Counted from the whole stretch's first letter, positions 49,914 through 62,089 are shown. The stretch: 63,712 nt of DNA, filler included, from Lama guanicoe (GCA_013239625.1; 185 parts of 185 records of this genome joined end to end with filler, not necessarily neighbours in it), one strand, 5' to 3'. Notes: generated from the letters alone by a model not told the origin. Numbers and translations are program-made.

Positions 49914-50358
49914 NNNNNNNNNNNNNNNNNNNNNNNNNNNNNNNNNNNNNNNNNNNNTTAATTAATTAANNNNNNNNNNNNNNNNNNNNNNNNNNNNNNN
50001 NNNNNNNNNNNNNCCCCCCTGCACGACGCAGTCGGTCTTGTCCATGCACGTCCCTCTCTTTATGGGGCTCGCAGATGTGGGAAAACCACACCAAGTTCAT
50101 ACTGCCCTTTTCTTATCACAGTGCCCGTTTGCCTGTGATAGCCCTGGTTTAGCGTTTGTAATTCTCCAGAGGAAGCGAAAAAGATAAGGAAACGGGAAAA
50201 GTCTGCAATCCCTTCGCCTGGACTGCGAGCTGCTGGAAGAGAGGTTAGTGCCTCATTGNNNNNNNNNNNNNNNNNNNNNNNNNNNNNNNNNNNNNNNNNN
50301 NNTTAATTAATTAANNNNNNNNNNNNNNNNNNNNNNNNNNNNNNNNNNNNNNNNNNNN

Positions 50359-50545
50359 CACCCCCTTGGAAGATCCTCAGCTCCCTGGCCCTCTCTCATT
50401 TAGCCGACCTCACCTAGTAAAACTATAATCGTGGTTAAATCTAACTCTGCCTGCTCTACGCCTGTACCTGTGTAGAATATGCCTGAAGAAAAATACACAA
50501 GCACACTGACCAGCCTCCCCTTAAATTCATGACCACACACCTGAC
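50359..50545 (+). mobile_element. LINE-2 internal fragment
   Basis: aaaact...tggttaaatctaactctgcctgctctacgcctg...gaagaaaaatacacaa...ctgac...tttaaattcatgaccac. Confidence 0.7.
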
Positions 50546-50703
50546 GTTGTCGCAGATGCTGCCCGGCAGCCGTCCCCAAGCCACATGGCCCCACTCCCCT
50601 AGGNNNNNNNNNNNNNNNNNNNNNNNNNNNNNNNNNNNNNNNNNNNNTTAATTAATTAANNNNNNNNNNNNNNNNNNNNNNNNNNNNNNNNNNNNNNNNN
50701 NNN

Positions 50704-50948
50704 TTTTTTCCCTTTTATCCCTTTAATTCAACGGATAGCCTTATGGGAGTTCCCTTGTATGTTACTTGTTGCTTTTCACTTGATACTTTTAGTATTTTCT
50801 CTTTATTTTTTGTCATTTTCATTACAGTGTATCTTTGTGTGTTCCTCTTTGGGTTAATTCTGTATGAGACTCTGCACTTCCTGAACTTGAGTGACTGTTT
50901 CCTTTCCCATGCTGGGGAAATTTTCAGCAATTATGTCTTCAAATATTT
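50704..50948 (-). mobile_element. LINE-1 ORF1 fragment
   Basis: Minus ORF RVSYRINPKRNTQRYTVMKMTKNKEKILKVSSEKQQVTYKGTPIRLS. Confidence 0.93.
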
Positions 50949-51738
50949 NNNNNNNNNNNNNNNNNNNNNNNNNNNNNNNNNNNNNNNNNNNNTTAATTAA
51001 TTAANNNNNNNNNNNNNNNNNNNNNNNNNNNNNNNNNNNNNNNNNNNNGCAGGAAAAATTAAAACCATGTTGGTTGAACCAGTTAGACCACAGCGTAACC
51101 TAACGCTCAGTAAGGAAGAAACCCATTTGTTCTGGACGATAGCATACACGTCACCATTACAGTGTCTGACCCCGACAAGTGACAGTGTGTTCTAGTCTGC
51201 GCTTCCACTCAGACCCAATCGTGACCTAGAACCTTTCGTTTCCCATAACACATTTGGCACGAATGTGGCCCTTCCTTGGACCCTTTTTGATTANNNNNNN
51301 NNNNNNNNNNNNNNNNNNNNNNNNNNNNNNNNNNNNNTTAATTAATTAANNNNNNNNNNNNNNNNNNNNNNNNNNNNNNNNNNNNNNNNNNNNGAAGGAA
51401 GGAAGGAAGAGAAAGAGAGAAAGGAGGAGGCAAAGGCAGACGACGTCCAGGGTGTTGGTGAGAGTGGGGAGGACACAGGGAAGACTCAGGAGTGGGGGTG
51501 ACACCAGCCTGACTGGGGTAAAAACAAGAGAGTTACGGCAGTGGCCAAAGGACACGTGGAAACGGAAACATTAAAGTCGTGAAGTCCCACAGCACTGGAA
51601 CACTGAGGTTGGATAATCTGAAGATTGATAACAAAAATNNNNNNNNNNNNNNNNNNNNNNNNNNNNNNNNNNNNNNNNNNNNTTAATTAATTAANNNNNN
51701 NNNNNNNNNNNNNNNNNNNNNNNNNNNNNNNNNNNNNN

Positions 51739-51983
51739 ATTCCCTAACACCATATACAAAAATAAACTCAAAATGGATTAAAGACCTGAATCTAAAACTG
51801 GAAACCATAAAACGCATAGAGGAAAGCTTAGTGGGAACACTCTGTGCATATTGTAGGAATATTTTTTGGATCTATTTCCTAAGGAAAAGGAAATAAAAAC
51901 AAAAATAAACAAATGGGACCTAATTAAACTTAAGAGCTTTTGTATAGCAAAAGAAACCATCAACAAAATGAAAAGACGAGCTA
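51739..51983 (+). mobile_element. LINE-1 ORF2 fragment
   Basis: acaccatatacaaaaataaactcaaaatggattaaagacct...aacaaatgggacctaattaaact.aagagctttt. Confidence 0.95.
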
Positions 51984-52083
51984 NNNNNNNNNNNNNNNNN
52001 NNNNNNNNNNNNNNNNNNNNNNNNNNNTTAATTAATTAANNNNNNNNNNNNNNNNNNNNNNNNNNNNNNNNNNNNNNNNNNNN

Positions 52084-52308
52084 ACACACAACACACACAT
52101 ACACACAACACACACAACACACACATACACACAACACACACAACACAAACACCACACACACACACAACACACACACCACACACAGCACACAACACACACA
52201 ACACACAACACACACACACAACACATACAACACACAACACACACATACACACAACACACACGCCACACACAACACACATCACACAACACACACAACACAC
52301 ACATACAC
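52084..52308. repeat. Degenerate CA-rich simple repeat
   Basis: Almost only A and C: acacacaacacacacatacacaca..., with a recurring longer unit. Confidence 0.95.
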
Positions 52309-53118
52309 TTATGCTCATACTTATTTCTNNNNNNNNNNNNNNNNNNNNNNNNNNNNNNNNNNNNNNNNNNNNTTAATTAATTAANNNNNNNNNNNNNNNN
52401 NNNNNNNNNNNNNNNNNNNNNNNNNNNNCTTGTGATCACTTCTGCTTTTATAAATTATCACGGCAGTTAGGGAACAACGCTCTGTCGTGGCTTAGGTATC
52501 TTGTGCTGTTTCTATTTGGGCAGAGAGGTCGCTTATTTATAATTAATCAGTTTCAAAGATATCTGTTTATTAAAATTTTGTTTTAAAAAAATAATTCCAT
52601 ATTTTTGTTCTCAGAAATTGGATCCAGACACAGATTTGAAGAGCAATAGAATTTAAGGTAGTAAGCCACAGTTNNNNNNNNNNNNNNNNNNNNNNNNNNN
52701 NNNNNNNNNNNNNNNNNTTAATTAATTAANNNNNNNNNNNNNNNNNNNNNNNNNNNNNNNNNNNNNNNNNNNNGCCCATATGAGAGTTGGAAATAGCTTC
52801 TGATTTATTCTGTACTTACTTAGTGGTGAGTGAAGCTGAGATCCTTTTCATATGTTGATCGGCTATTTTTATTCCTATGAACTACTGACTCATTTCATTC
52901 ACTAGGTTGTATGAGTTCCATTGATTTCATTGCCAGCCCCACTAGATATCAAAGTCTCTTGTGTAATGTGGTTTCTTTCTTGGAGCTCTGTATGATTCTT
53001 TTTTGTCCATATTGATCTNNNNNNNNNNNNNNNNNNNNNNNNNNNNNNNNNNNNNNNNNNNNTTAATTAATTAANNNNNNNNNNNNNNNNNNNNNNNNNN
53101 NNNNNNNNNNNNNNNNNN

Positions 53119-53363
53119 TTGCTAGAGTCAATTTGTTAATTTCTTTGTTTAGAATTTTTGTACCTATTTTCATGAGAGAGATTGGGCTGTAATTTTTCTT
53201 TCTCTTGAGGTTCTTGTTAGGTTTTGGTATCTGTGTTATTCCTTTTTTCTCTATTTTCTGAAAGAGTTTGTATAAGAGTAACATTTATTTCTTTGATGTT
53301 TGGAAGAATTAATAATTGAAGCCATTCAGGCCAAGAATTTCCTTTATAGAAAAGTTTGTGTCT
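53119..53363 (-). mobile_element. Old LINE-1 ORF2 fragment
   Basis: Minus [22 protein letters not shown]...[17 protein letters not shown]. Confidence 0.85.
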
Positions 53364-53499
53364 NNNNNNNNNNNNNNNNNNNNNNNNNNNNNNNNNNNNN
53401 NNNNNNNTTAATTAATTAANNNNNNNNNNNNNNNNNNNNNNNNNNNNNNNNNNNNNNNNNNNNTTGTTTTTTTTTAAAGGCAATAAAAGAAAGAAAGAA

Positions 53500-53708
53500 T
53501 AGCTGTTTTCAGGAGCTGGGGAGAAGAAATCATAGGGAGTTAATGTTTAATAGGTACAGAGTTTCAGTGTTGCAAGGTGAAAACAGTTCTGGAAATGGTT
53601 GCTGGTGATGTTTGCACAATATGAATGTACTTAATACAACCAAACTCTATGCTGAAAAATGGTTAATATAGTAAATTTTTATGTTTATTCCATCACAACT
53701 TTTTAACA
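53500..53708 (+). mobile_element. L1MB-like 3' end
   Basis: gtttaataggtacagagtttcagt.ttgcaag.tgaaaa.agttctgga.atgg...tgaatgtacttaat...aaaatggttaa. Confidence 0.85.
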
Positions 53709-53808
53709 NNNNNNNNNNNNNNNNNNNNNNNNNNNNNNNNNNNNNNNNNNNNTTAATTAATTAANNNNNNNNNNNNNNNNNNNNNNNNNNNNNNNNNNNN
53801 NNNNNNNN

Positions 53809-54053
53809 AGGCAGGAAAACAACACTGATCTTATCCATCTGCATCAGAGCTCTTGGGTGACCAGATGTATTGTCAAAGAGCAGTACTATGTTGAAAGGAA
53901 TTTTTTTTCTTTTTTTCTGATTGGTAGTTCTCAATGGTGGGCTTAAAATAGTCAGCAAATCATATTGTAAACAAACGTCCAGGCTTTGTTGTTCCATTTA
54001 TGGAGCCCAGGCGGAGTAGATTTGCCATAATTCTTAAGAGCCGTCAACATTTT
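53809..54053 (-). mobile_element. Tigger1 transposase (DDE) fragment
   Basis: Minus [35 protein letters not shown] matches the Tigger1 KIPFKILLL.DNAPGHPRAL motif. Confidence 0.92.
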
Positions 54054-55878
54054 NNNNNNNNNNNNNNNNNNNNNNNNNNNNNNNNNNNNNNNNNNNNTTA
54101 ATTAATTAANNNNNNNNNNNNNNNNNNNNNNNNNNNNNNNNNNNNNNNNNNNNTGTCAAGGGGTAGGAGGTAAGAAGAGAACCAGGACAAGATGTCCTTG
54201 AGATATTATTTATATGCAGTAGAAGGCACACTTCTTAGAGGCGCTGCTCAGTGAATGTTTACCTTTGTATATACCAGCTTGGACCCTACGCGTCCAGCTT
54301 AAGGTATAAAATATTTTCTTTACATCAGAAGCTTTATGATCTTCTGGTCCGTATCTTCCAGAGGTAGCCACCGTTCTGATTTCTTGGGTCAGAGCTTGNN
54401 NNNNNNNNNNNNNNNNNNNNNNNNNNNNNNNNNNNNNNNNNNTTAATTAATTAANNNNNNNNNNNNNNNNNNNNNNNNNNNNNNNNNNNNNNNNNNNNCA
54501 GGGGCCCTCTGTGTGACTGACCCTGTGTGTCCTACGCTTCCATCAGCCATCTTTCCCTAGAGCAGGAGTCAGCTGCCTCTTTCCCAACCCAAAGCGGAAC
54601 AGTGGCCAGAGCGAGATGACCTGCACCCCTGAGTCTGTGCACAGCGCTCACAGTAGTAAGAGGTGCGTGGAGATTCAGTCTGTGAGCTAGAGCAGCTGAC
54701 GCGCCTGCAGAAGCTGAGCGTTCCACTGAGCGTGCAGTCCAAANNNNNNNNNNNNNNNNNNNNNNNNNNNNNNNNNNNNNNNNNNNNTTAATTAATTAAN
54801 NNNNNNNNNNNNNNNNNNNNNNNNNNNNNNNNNNNNNNNNNNNCTGCCAGGGAGCTGCCCTCCTCTCCCCCGAGGCGAGGTGAATGAGCTCCGTCTCAGA
54901 CACAGATGCTTCTGGAACGTTCCCTCCATGGGCGACTGCCACTTCTCTGGGCCCAAAAGGAACCAGCGAGTGACCTCTCTGGACGAACATTTGCTCTCAC
55001 GGAGAGCCCTGCTCGCCTGGGCTCCCTGTAGGGCCCCATCGTGTTTATCACGACGATGATGGTTTCTGTTTTATGCGGGGACCGGTTCNNNNNNNNNNNN
55101 NNNNNNNNNNNNNNNNNNNNNNNNNNNNNNNNTTAATTAATTAANNNNNNNNNNNNNNNNNNNNNNNNNNNNNNNNNNNNNNNNNNNNGAGAAAAATAAT
55201 GGTACCATATACGAATTTAGAATTGATGGGACTGAAGGCCCAAGTGTGAATGGCAAAACTAAATTTAATTCCTGCTACTGCTATTATTAATAATGAAAAT
55301 AATAATGATGATGGTAATAATGATTGTATCTTAAAAGATCTTTGCAAGAGCAAAAAGCTAGCAACAGATATGTGGGGAAAACACAGAAGGGAATGAGAAA
55401 CGGAGGAAACCCAAAAGGCTTAGAAGGGCACTTNNNNNNNNNNNNNNNNNNNNNNNNNNNNNNNNNNNNNNNNNNNNTTAATTAATTAANNNNNNNNNNN
55501 NNNNNNNNNNNNNNNNNNNNNNNNNNNNNNNNNGGCACCTAGTGCCTGGCTATTTGCTGTTTTACTCTTCTGCAGACTGGCCCGAGTCATTACAAGCTGT
55601 GTTCATGCACATATGCAGGGTGGGGAGATCAGTGGGCATTCTACTTCCCCGATGAACTGGGTCTGATACGGTGATGGCAAAGGCAGGAGCAGTGCTGTTG
55701 GCAGGAAAATAAAATGTGGCAGCCCCTTTACAACAGCCACGAGAAATGAACAGATACATCCACACAAAAATTTATACANNNNNNNNNNNNNNNNNNNNNN
55801 NNNNNNNNNNNNNNNNNNNNNNTTAATTAATTAANNNNNNNNNNNNNNNNNNNNNNNNNNNNNNNNNNNNNNNNNNNN

Positions 55879-56122
55879 TTTCACTGTGAAACCGAGTTGG
55901 AGCTTGTACCTCCCCATATATATGAATTTAGTGTAGTTTGCAGCTGGAAAGAAACTTTGTGTTCCAAACAAGCTAGGTGAAGAACGGGTTTCACACACAT
56001 TTATCTCTCAGAAATGTGCATGTGAAGAGACGACAGTTCATCTAGCACAAATTGAATGGGTTAAAGCAGAAACACTTACTCTGGTTTCTCAGTGTGTTTC
56101 CTAGTGTCGGTTTGCAGTTTCT
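55879..56122 (+). repeat. ~249-bp satellite monomer, copy 3
   Basis: Its 3' end (cttactctggtttctcagtgtgtttcctagtg) corresponds to the 5' start of copy 1. Confidence 0.9.
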
Positions 56123-56912
56123 NNNNNNNNNNNNNNNNNNNNNNNNNNNNNNNNNNNNNNNNNNNNTTAATTAATTAANNNNNNNNNNNNNNNNNNNNNN
56201 NNNNNNNNNNNNNNNNNNNNNNGCACTTGTTTTCCCTCCAATAAGTTACTTTTTTACCAGCTACCTGATCCACTAGTACTTCCTCTCCTTTCCATTAACA
56301 CTCAGAACTATAGAAAAGTACAAAGAATTCTGGATGTCCTTTACTGAGAACCAACTGTTTACCTGTATCACATTGACTGTGTATATAGGGAAAATAGAGT
56401 TTCATTTGAGGGAGTTGTGAGCTGTTTGTAAGTAAATTATAGACATCAACACTACATAGTTCAGCACNNNNNNNNNNNNNNNNNNNNNNNNNNNNNNNNN
56501 NNNNNNNNNNNTTAATTAATTAANNNNNNNNNNNNNNNNNNNNNNNNNNNNNNNNNNNNNNNNNNNNAAGGTTCTGGAGTACACTGGCCTGCCAGACACC
56601 ATCTGGACATAAACATACCGAGGACAGGACAGAAACCCAGGGTCTCATCAAGGTGCTGGATGAGCTCAGGCGGCAGGTCACAGAAATCCGAATTGACAGG
56701 GTGGCGGCAGAAACACAAAGAAATTGAGACAGCTAATAAAACAGCAAATTGCTCCAGCATCTCTACAGTTAACACAAGAAGTCAAAAAGCATTTATACTG
56801 GTGACCATTTACNNNNNNNNNNNNNNNNNNNNNNNNNNNNNNNNNNNNNNNNNNNNTTAATTAATTAANNNNNNNNNNNNNNNNNNNNNNNNNNNNNNNN
56901 NNNNNNNNNNNN

Positions 56913-57157
56913 TCTTACCTCACCTACAACCAACCAGAGCCTGGTGCACAAGCCGATCAGGCACCGTGTGACCCCACCTTTTAAAAGACCCCAACACCCG
57001 GCCCTCAGTGCTCAACACAGTCATCTCTCCTCCGTGTGGCCCGCTGTGGTCTATGGCAGCGTGACCTAATACACTTCTTTTCTAGTCTCATCCTTTCCAT
57101 GGGTGGTAAATTCTTCTACCACCCATGGCACTGATCCACCATGTCCCCCGAAAGAGA
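56913..57157 (+). mobile_element. ERV LTR fragment with TATA-like element and 12-bp inverted repeat
   Basis: ccccaccttttaaaagacccc ... ctaatacacttct ... ggtaaattcttctaccacc; hairpin at 57097-57128. Confidence 0.55.
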
Positions 57158-58637
57158 NNNNNNNNNNNNNNNNNNNNNNNNNNNNNNNNNNNNNNNNNNN
57201 NTTAATTAATTAANNNNNNNNNNNNNNNNNNNNNNNNNNNNNNNNNNNNNNNNNNNNGTTCTCTTTCTGGTACACAGAAGTGGTTATATAATTTTCTATT
57301 GCTCACTCAGTAAATATATAACCAGGAGGAAAGACACTAGTTTTCTCTGTATGAAGATACTTCCTTCTCCCAACCAACTTTGTTTAAAGTGGGGCAGAAA
57401 GATGTCTGGAGAGAAGAAGAGGGACAGGTAGTGATAATCCACTAAGCCAGCACATCACAGACCCTGGATTTGTTCTTTTCTATTTTTTCCTCATACGTAG
57501 GCNNNNNNNNNNNNNNNNNNNNNNNNNNNNNNNNNNNNNNNNNNNNTTAATTAATTAANNNNNNNNNNNNNNNNNNNNNNNNNNNNNNNNNNNNNNNNNN
57601 NNAAACAGTTAAAATGGAAAAAAAGAAATGAATCCAGGTAGTTATCATCAGAAGACCCTCCTCTCACTGTGTCCTCTCTCATGGGAACTGCACCATTATG
57701 CATTCCATGAAGTCTTTTGAAATAGATCCATGAGGGAATTCTGTTCCCCTGAAGACCAAGCACACGCCCTCAGCATCTCGATTTTCCACCTGACCTGTTA
57801 TGGCATCTTGGCATAGTGCTCAAGTGTCAAATAATATCCCCATGGTTNNNNNNNNNNNNNNNNNNNNNNNNNNNNNNNNNNNNNNNNNNNNTTAATTAAT
57901 TAANNNNNNNNNNNNNNNNNNNNNNNNNNNNNNNNNNNNNNNNNNNNAGGGAACCATGATTATTCAAAAGAAAATACTCAAGCTGATGTCAAGGATTATT
58001 CAGCACGCATCGACCAAGTCTCGCGGCTTGCATGTACTCAACAAACTTGTATTCAGAAATCAGAAGCGTGCATTTATATTCATAAATATTGATTCATAAG
58101 AGCATATAGTGACCTAACCCGAATGCCGATTTGGAATCAAATGAATTCCTAGTTCGTGATATAGACTTGCAAGGTTTCCAACAGGATGAATGNNNNNNNN
58201 NNNNNNNNNNNNNNNNNNNNNNNNNNNNNNNNNNNNTTAATTAATTAANNNNNNNNNNNNNNNNNNNNNNNNNNNNNNNNNNNNNNNNNNNNGCTGAGTA
58301 AGGCGCCTTACTATGTTTAAACTCTGTTAGACAGCCGAAGGTTTCCTTAAGTTAAACTCCATTTATACCCAAATGACTTACAAGTTGCTTCGTACCAGGT
58401 GGTATTTTGAGGGAAGAAATAGCAAAATTTATTTAGGGTTGATTGGTTCTTATTATCTGCAAGGCATTGGAATTACTGGACAGTGAACTAACTGAAGTCC
58501 TCTTGTTGAGGAGGTGTACGTCCAGTGATGTGACATCNNNNNNNNNNNNNNNNNNNNNNNNNNNNNNNNNNNNNNNNNNNNTTAATTAATTAANNNNNNN
58601 NNNNNNNNNNNNNNNNNNNNNNNNNNNNNNNNNNNNN

Positions 58638-58882
58638 TTGGCTGTGTTGGAACTTTTAATAAGGAGTCTCAGGCTAGAATGTTAATAAGGTTTCCTAAGG
58701 CCAGGAAAGCCACGTCAGGGGCTTGTCATAGATTTTTGCCCTACAGATTCAGGTAAATTGTTTTCTCATTAAGGTCCTTAAAATACCTTGAGATTCCTAT
58801 ATTTGTTAGGAAATGATCTTCCTAATTTATGAGAGAGCCACTGGGGACCTAAGAGTTTCCAGTCTCTGGAGGGATCAGATAG
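58638..58882. mobile_element. Probable ERV1 internal (MER-int-like) fragment
   Basis: ggccaggaaagcca.g.ca...gacttg-like block, aataccttgagattcct and tctggagggatcag.tag resemble recalled ERV1 internal sequences. Confidence 0.45.
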
Positions 58883-58982
58883 NNNNNNNNNNNNNNNNNN
58901 NNNNNNNNNNNNNNNNNNNNNNNNNNTTAATTAATTAANNNNNNNNNNNNNNNNNNNNNNNNNNNNNNNNNNNNNNNNNNNN

Positions 58983-59227
58983 ACAGAGTGTCCCAGACAG
59001 GATCAACTCAAAAAGGAGCACACAAAGACATACTGTAATTGAAGTGGCCAAAATTGAAGATAAAAAGAGATTATTAAAGGTAGCAAGTGAATACCAACAA
59101 GTAATACACAAGTATCTCTCATAAGGCAATCAACTGACTTTTCAGCAGAAAAACTTCAGGCCAGAAGGGAGTGGTATGATATATGTGGAGTCTGAAGAAA
59201 GCAGAGCAAACTAGTGAATGTAATTTT
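58983..59227 (+). mobile_element. LINE-1 ORF1 fragment joined to 3' UTR-like sequence
   Basis: cagagtgtcccagacaggatcaac.caaa...ttttcagcagaaa..cttcaggccagaagggagtgg, then atatgtggagtct...aaactagtgaat. Confidence 0.85.
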
Positions 59228-60707
59228 NNNNNNNNNNNNNNNNNNNNNNNNNNNNNNNNNNNNNNNNNNNNTTAATTAATTAANNNNNNNNNNNNNNNNN
59301 NNNNNNNNNNNNNNNNNNNNNNNNNNNAAAAAATGGGTAGATTTGTGAAGCAGTAGATTTTCATACTTCATTTAAAAATTTCCTTTGTTTAATGAGTTTA
59401 AATTAAATTCAGTGGAGATATATTAAAAACAGGATTTTGAAACAGGAAAATGAAGGGGAAGTTGCAGGCTTGCATTTCATGGTGTGTTGCTTTCTATTAT
59501 CATATATTTGGAGTTAGATTATGTTTGATATGATGCTGATGGTCTCAATGTGTATTTTAAGTGACTTTTGGGNNNNNNNNNNNNNNNNNNNNNNNNNNNN
59601 NNNNNNNNNNNNNNNNTTAATTAATTAANNNNNNNNNNNNNNNNNNNNNNNNNNNNNNNNNNNNNNNNNNNNGTCCAGCAGGCTTGTAAGTTTATGGGTT
59701 AATTAGCAGAAGATTCGGTCATATATTCTCATAGAAGTGTACTCCTTCTGGCATCTCTGGTTCTTCGTCCTTTGTCCAGGCTCCATGTCCCGTGCCAAGC
59801 ATGCACCTGATCCGCCATCTCTCAGTCCTACATCTCAGCGGTCAGGAATTTTGCTGAGGTTTTTCAGATGGAGAACAGAGGGAAAGAGATGCCGGTTGAC
59901 CCCATCAAGGTCTCTTCNNNNNNNNNNNNNNNNNNNNNNNNNNNNNNNNNNNNNNNNNNNNTTAATTAATTAANNNNNNNNNNNNNNNNNNNNNNNNNNN
60001 NNNNNNNNNNNNNNNNNGTCTTTCCTTTCCAACTCTTCCCACTATGTGTATGTATGTTTCTATTTTTAATTGTTTATGGAACATTCCAGGAAGAGATATC
60101 AAATAAAAACAAGAGGGATTACTCAGCATTTCTGAATTCTGTCATAAGATAGTCTAAAGCTTACACATGTGCTACAATTATAGGCAGTTCATGGCGTAAG
60201 TCATCAAATAAAAAGGAACAGAAGATGGTGACATAGGAGTCTCCCAAGCTCCCCTCCTCCCANNNNNNNNNNNNNNNNNNNNNNNNNNNNNNNNNNNNNN
60301 NNNNNNTTAATTAATTAANNNNNNNNNNNNNNNNNNNNNNNNNNNNNNNNNNNNNNNNNNNNTCACTTCCTTCTCTCTTGAGCTTTGTCTCCACGTTCCA
60401 TCACAGCAGCCACCCTCTTGCCCTTGTCCCTTGGTCCCACTTCCTGGAAAAAACTATCAACTTTAGATTAATCCAACTGTTCTGCTTTCTCTAGGTCTAC
60501 ACAGGGGCTGCTGGGCACTGCTGGGGCTTGACTTTGCTGGGAGACATTCTTTCTCATAGATGGTCACCAGCCTCTATCAGACCTTGAATTCTGTCCAGCC
60601 AGCACGTNNNNNNNNNNNNNNNNNNNNNNNNNNNNNNNNNNNNNNNNNNNNTTAATTAATTAANNNNNNNNNNNNNNNNNNNNNNNNNNNNNNNNNNNNN
60701 NNNNNNN

Positions 60708-60952
60708 ATGCCTTCGATCCAGGCACTTCAGTCCTAGGAATTTATGTTAAGATTGTGCTCGCACAGGGAATGGTTTCCCAGACATCAGTTTAAGCACTGT
60801 TTGAAATAGAAAATGGAAACATCCTAAATATTCATCAACAGAAAGTGTGTTAGTGGTGCCTGGGTCAGTCCTACCTACAGGGACTACTCCGTGGCTGTGA
60901 GACGGAGTGGGGCAGACGGGTGCGAGCCGGTGTAGAACTGCTCCTCATTGTG
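60708..60952 (+). mobile_element. Old LINE-1 (L1ME-like) 3' fragment
   Basis: gatcc.ggcacttca.tcctaggaatttat...gcactgtttg.aatag.aaa.tggaaaca.cctaaat.t.catcaacag. Confidence 0.7.
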
Positions 60953-61397
60953 NNNNNNNNNNNNNNNNNNNNNNNNNNNNNNNNNNNNNNNNNNNNTTAA
61001 TTAATTAANNNNNNNNNNNNNNNNNNNNNNNNNNNNNNNNNNNNNNNNNNNNTCTAGTTCTGTGGCTTACAGAGTACTACACTGTAAATTGTGTTACATA
61101 GGCTATCTTTGACTTTATGGTGGAATTATAACTTTGTTTTTGGAAGGCAGCTCTATTGTTTTTTCCTTTTGTAAAACATATTTTCTTACTGTAAGAAAAA
61201 ATTAGAGGACACAAAGGGAAAAATAAAGATTATAAGCCTACCAAACAGAGATGACTGCATTCATTACAGCATATCCTTCTAGGTTTTATTGAGTGTGNNN
61301 NNNNNNNNNNNNNNNNNNNNNNNNNNNNNNNNNNNNNNNNNTTAATTAATTAANNNNNNNNNNNNNNNNNNNNNNNNNNNNNNNNNNNNNNNNNNNN

Positions 61398-61642
61398 AAA
61401 AAAGCAAAGCAACATGGCTGGTGTGCTCTGGGAGGAGGGGCGCCATAGCCTCTATCACCTCAGACCCGCGCCGCCATTACTCGCTCTTCTCCTGAGAAGA
61501 GAGGCGGGGCGCAGCCACAGCTGCCATCTCCTCCTGTGCTCAGCGCCCTGGAGAGGTTGGGGCCGAGACCTGAATCCACAACCCGGGGCTCCACAACCTC
61601 CTGGGCAGGACTGAGACTTGCTTACAGCCCGAGGCAGATAGG
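61398..61642 (+). mobile_element. Dispersed repeat shared with 2448-2658, probably LINE-1 5' UTR
   Basis: Direct colinear similarity between the two contigs. Confidence 0.6.
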
Positions 61643-62089
61643 NNNNNNNNNNNNNNNNNNNNNNNNNNNNNNNNNNNNNNNNNNNNTTAATTAATTAANN
61701 NNNNNNNNNNNNNNNNNNNNNNNNNNNNNNNNNNNNNNNNNNTTTCTTTTGGACTGCCATGGCACATGAAAATTTTTGTTTCTTAGAAATTTGATAATTG
61801 TAGGTCTTTAAAAACAGAGCTGTGACCAAAATCAATGATGTCTTCTCTTAAAATTAATGAATTAACATACTTATGCGTGCTATGTTACTTACGTACTTAA
61901 TATCCAATGCTCGTAACCACCCTATCAGGAAGATACTTGCCTGAATGTTAAGAATGAGGAAACTGAGATTTTGAGAAGTTGTATATTNNNNNNNNNNNNN
62001 NNNNNNNNNNNNNNNNNNNNNNNNNNNNNNNTTAATTAATTAANNNNNNNNNNNNNNNNNNNNNNNNNNNNNNNNNNNNNNNNNNNNCC

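Noticed and set aside
52028..52318. Cys/Val-rich ORFs resembling metallothionein or keratin-associated proteins
   Set aside because: They are translations of a degenerate (TG)n repeat that is open in all three minus frames.
24836..56122. CENP-B box in the 249-bp satellite (ttcg and cggg elements are present)
   Set aside because: No copy has the TTCG-N4-A-N2-CGGG spacing on either strand.
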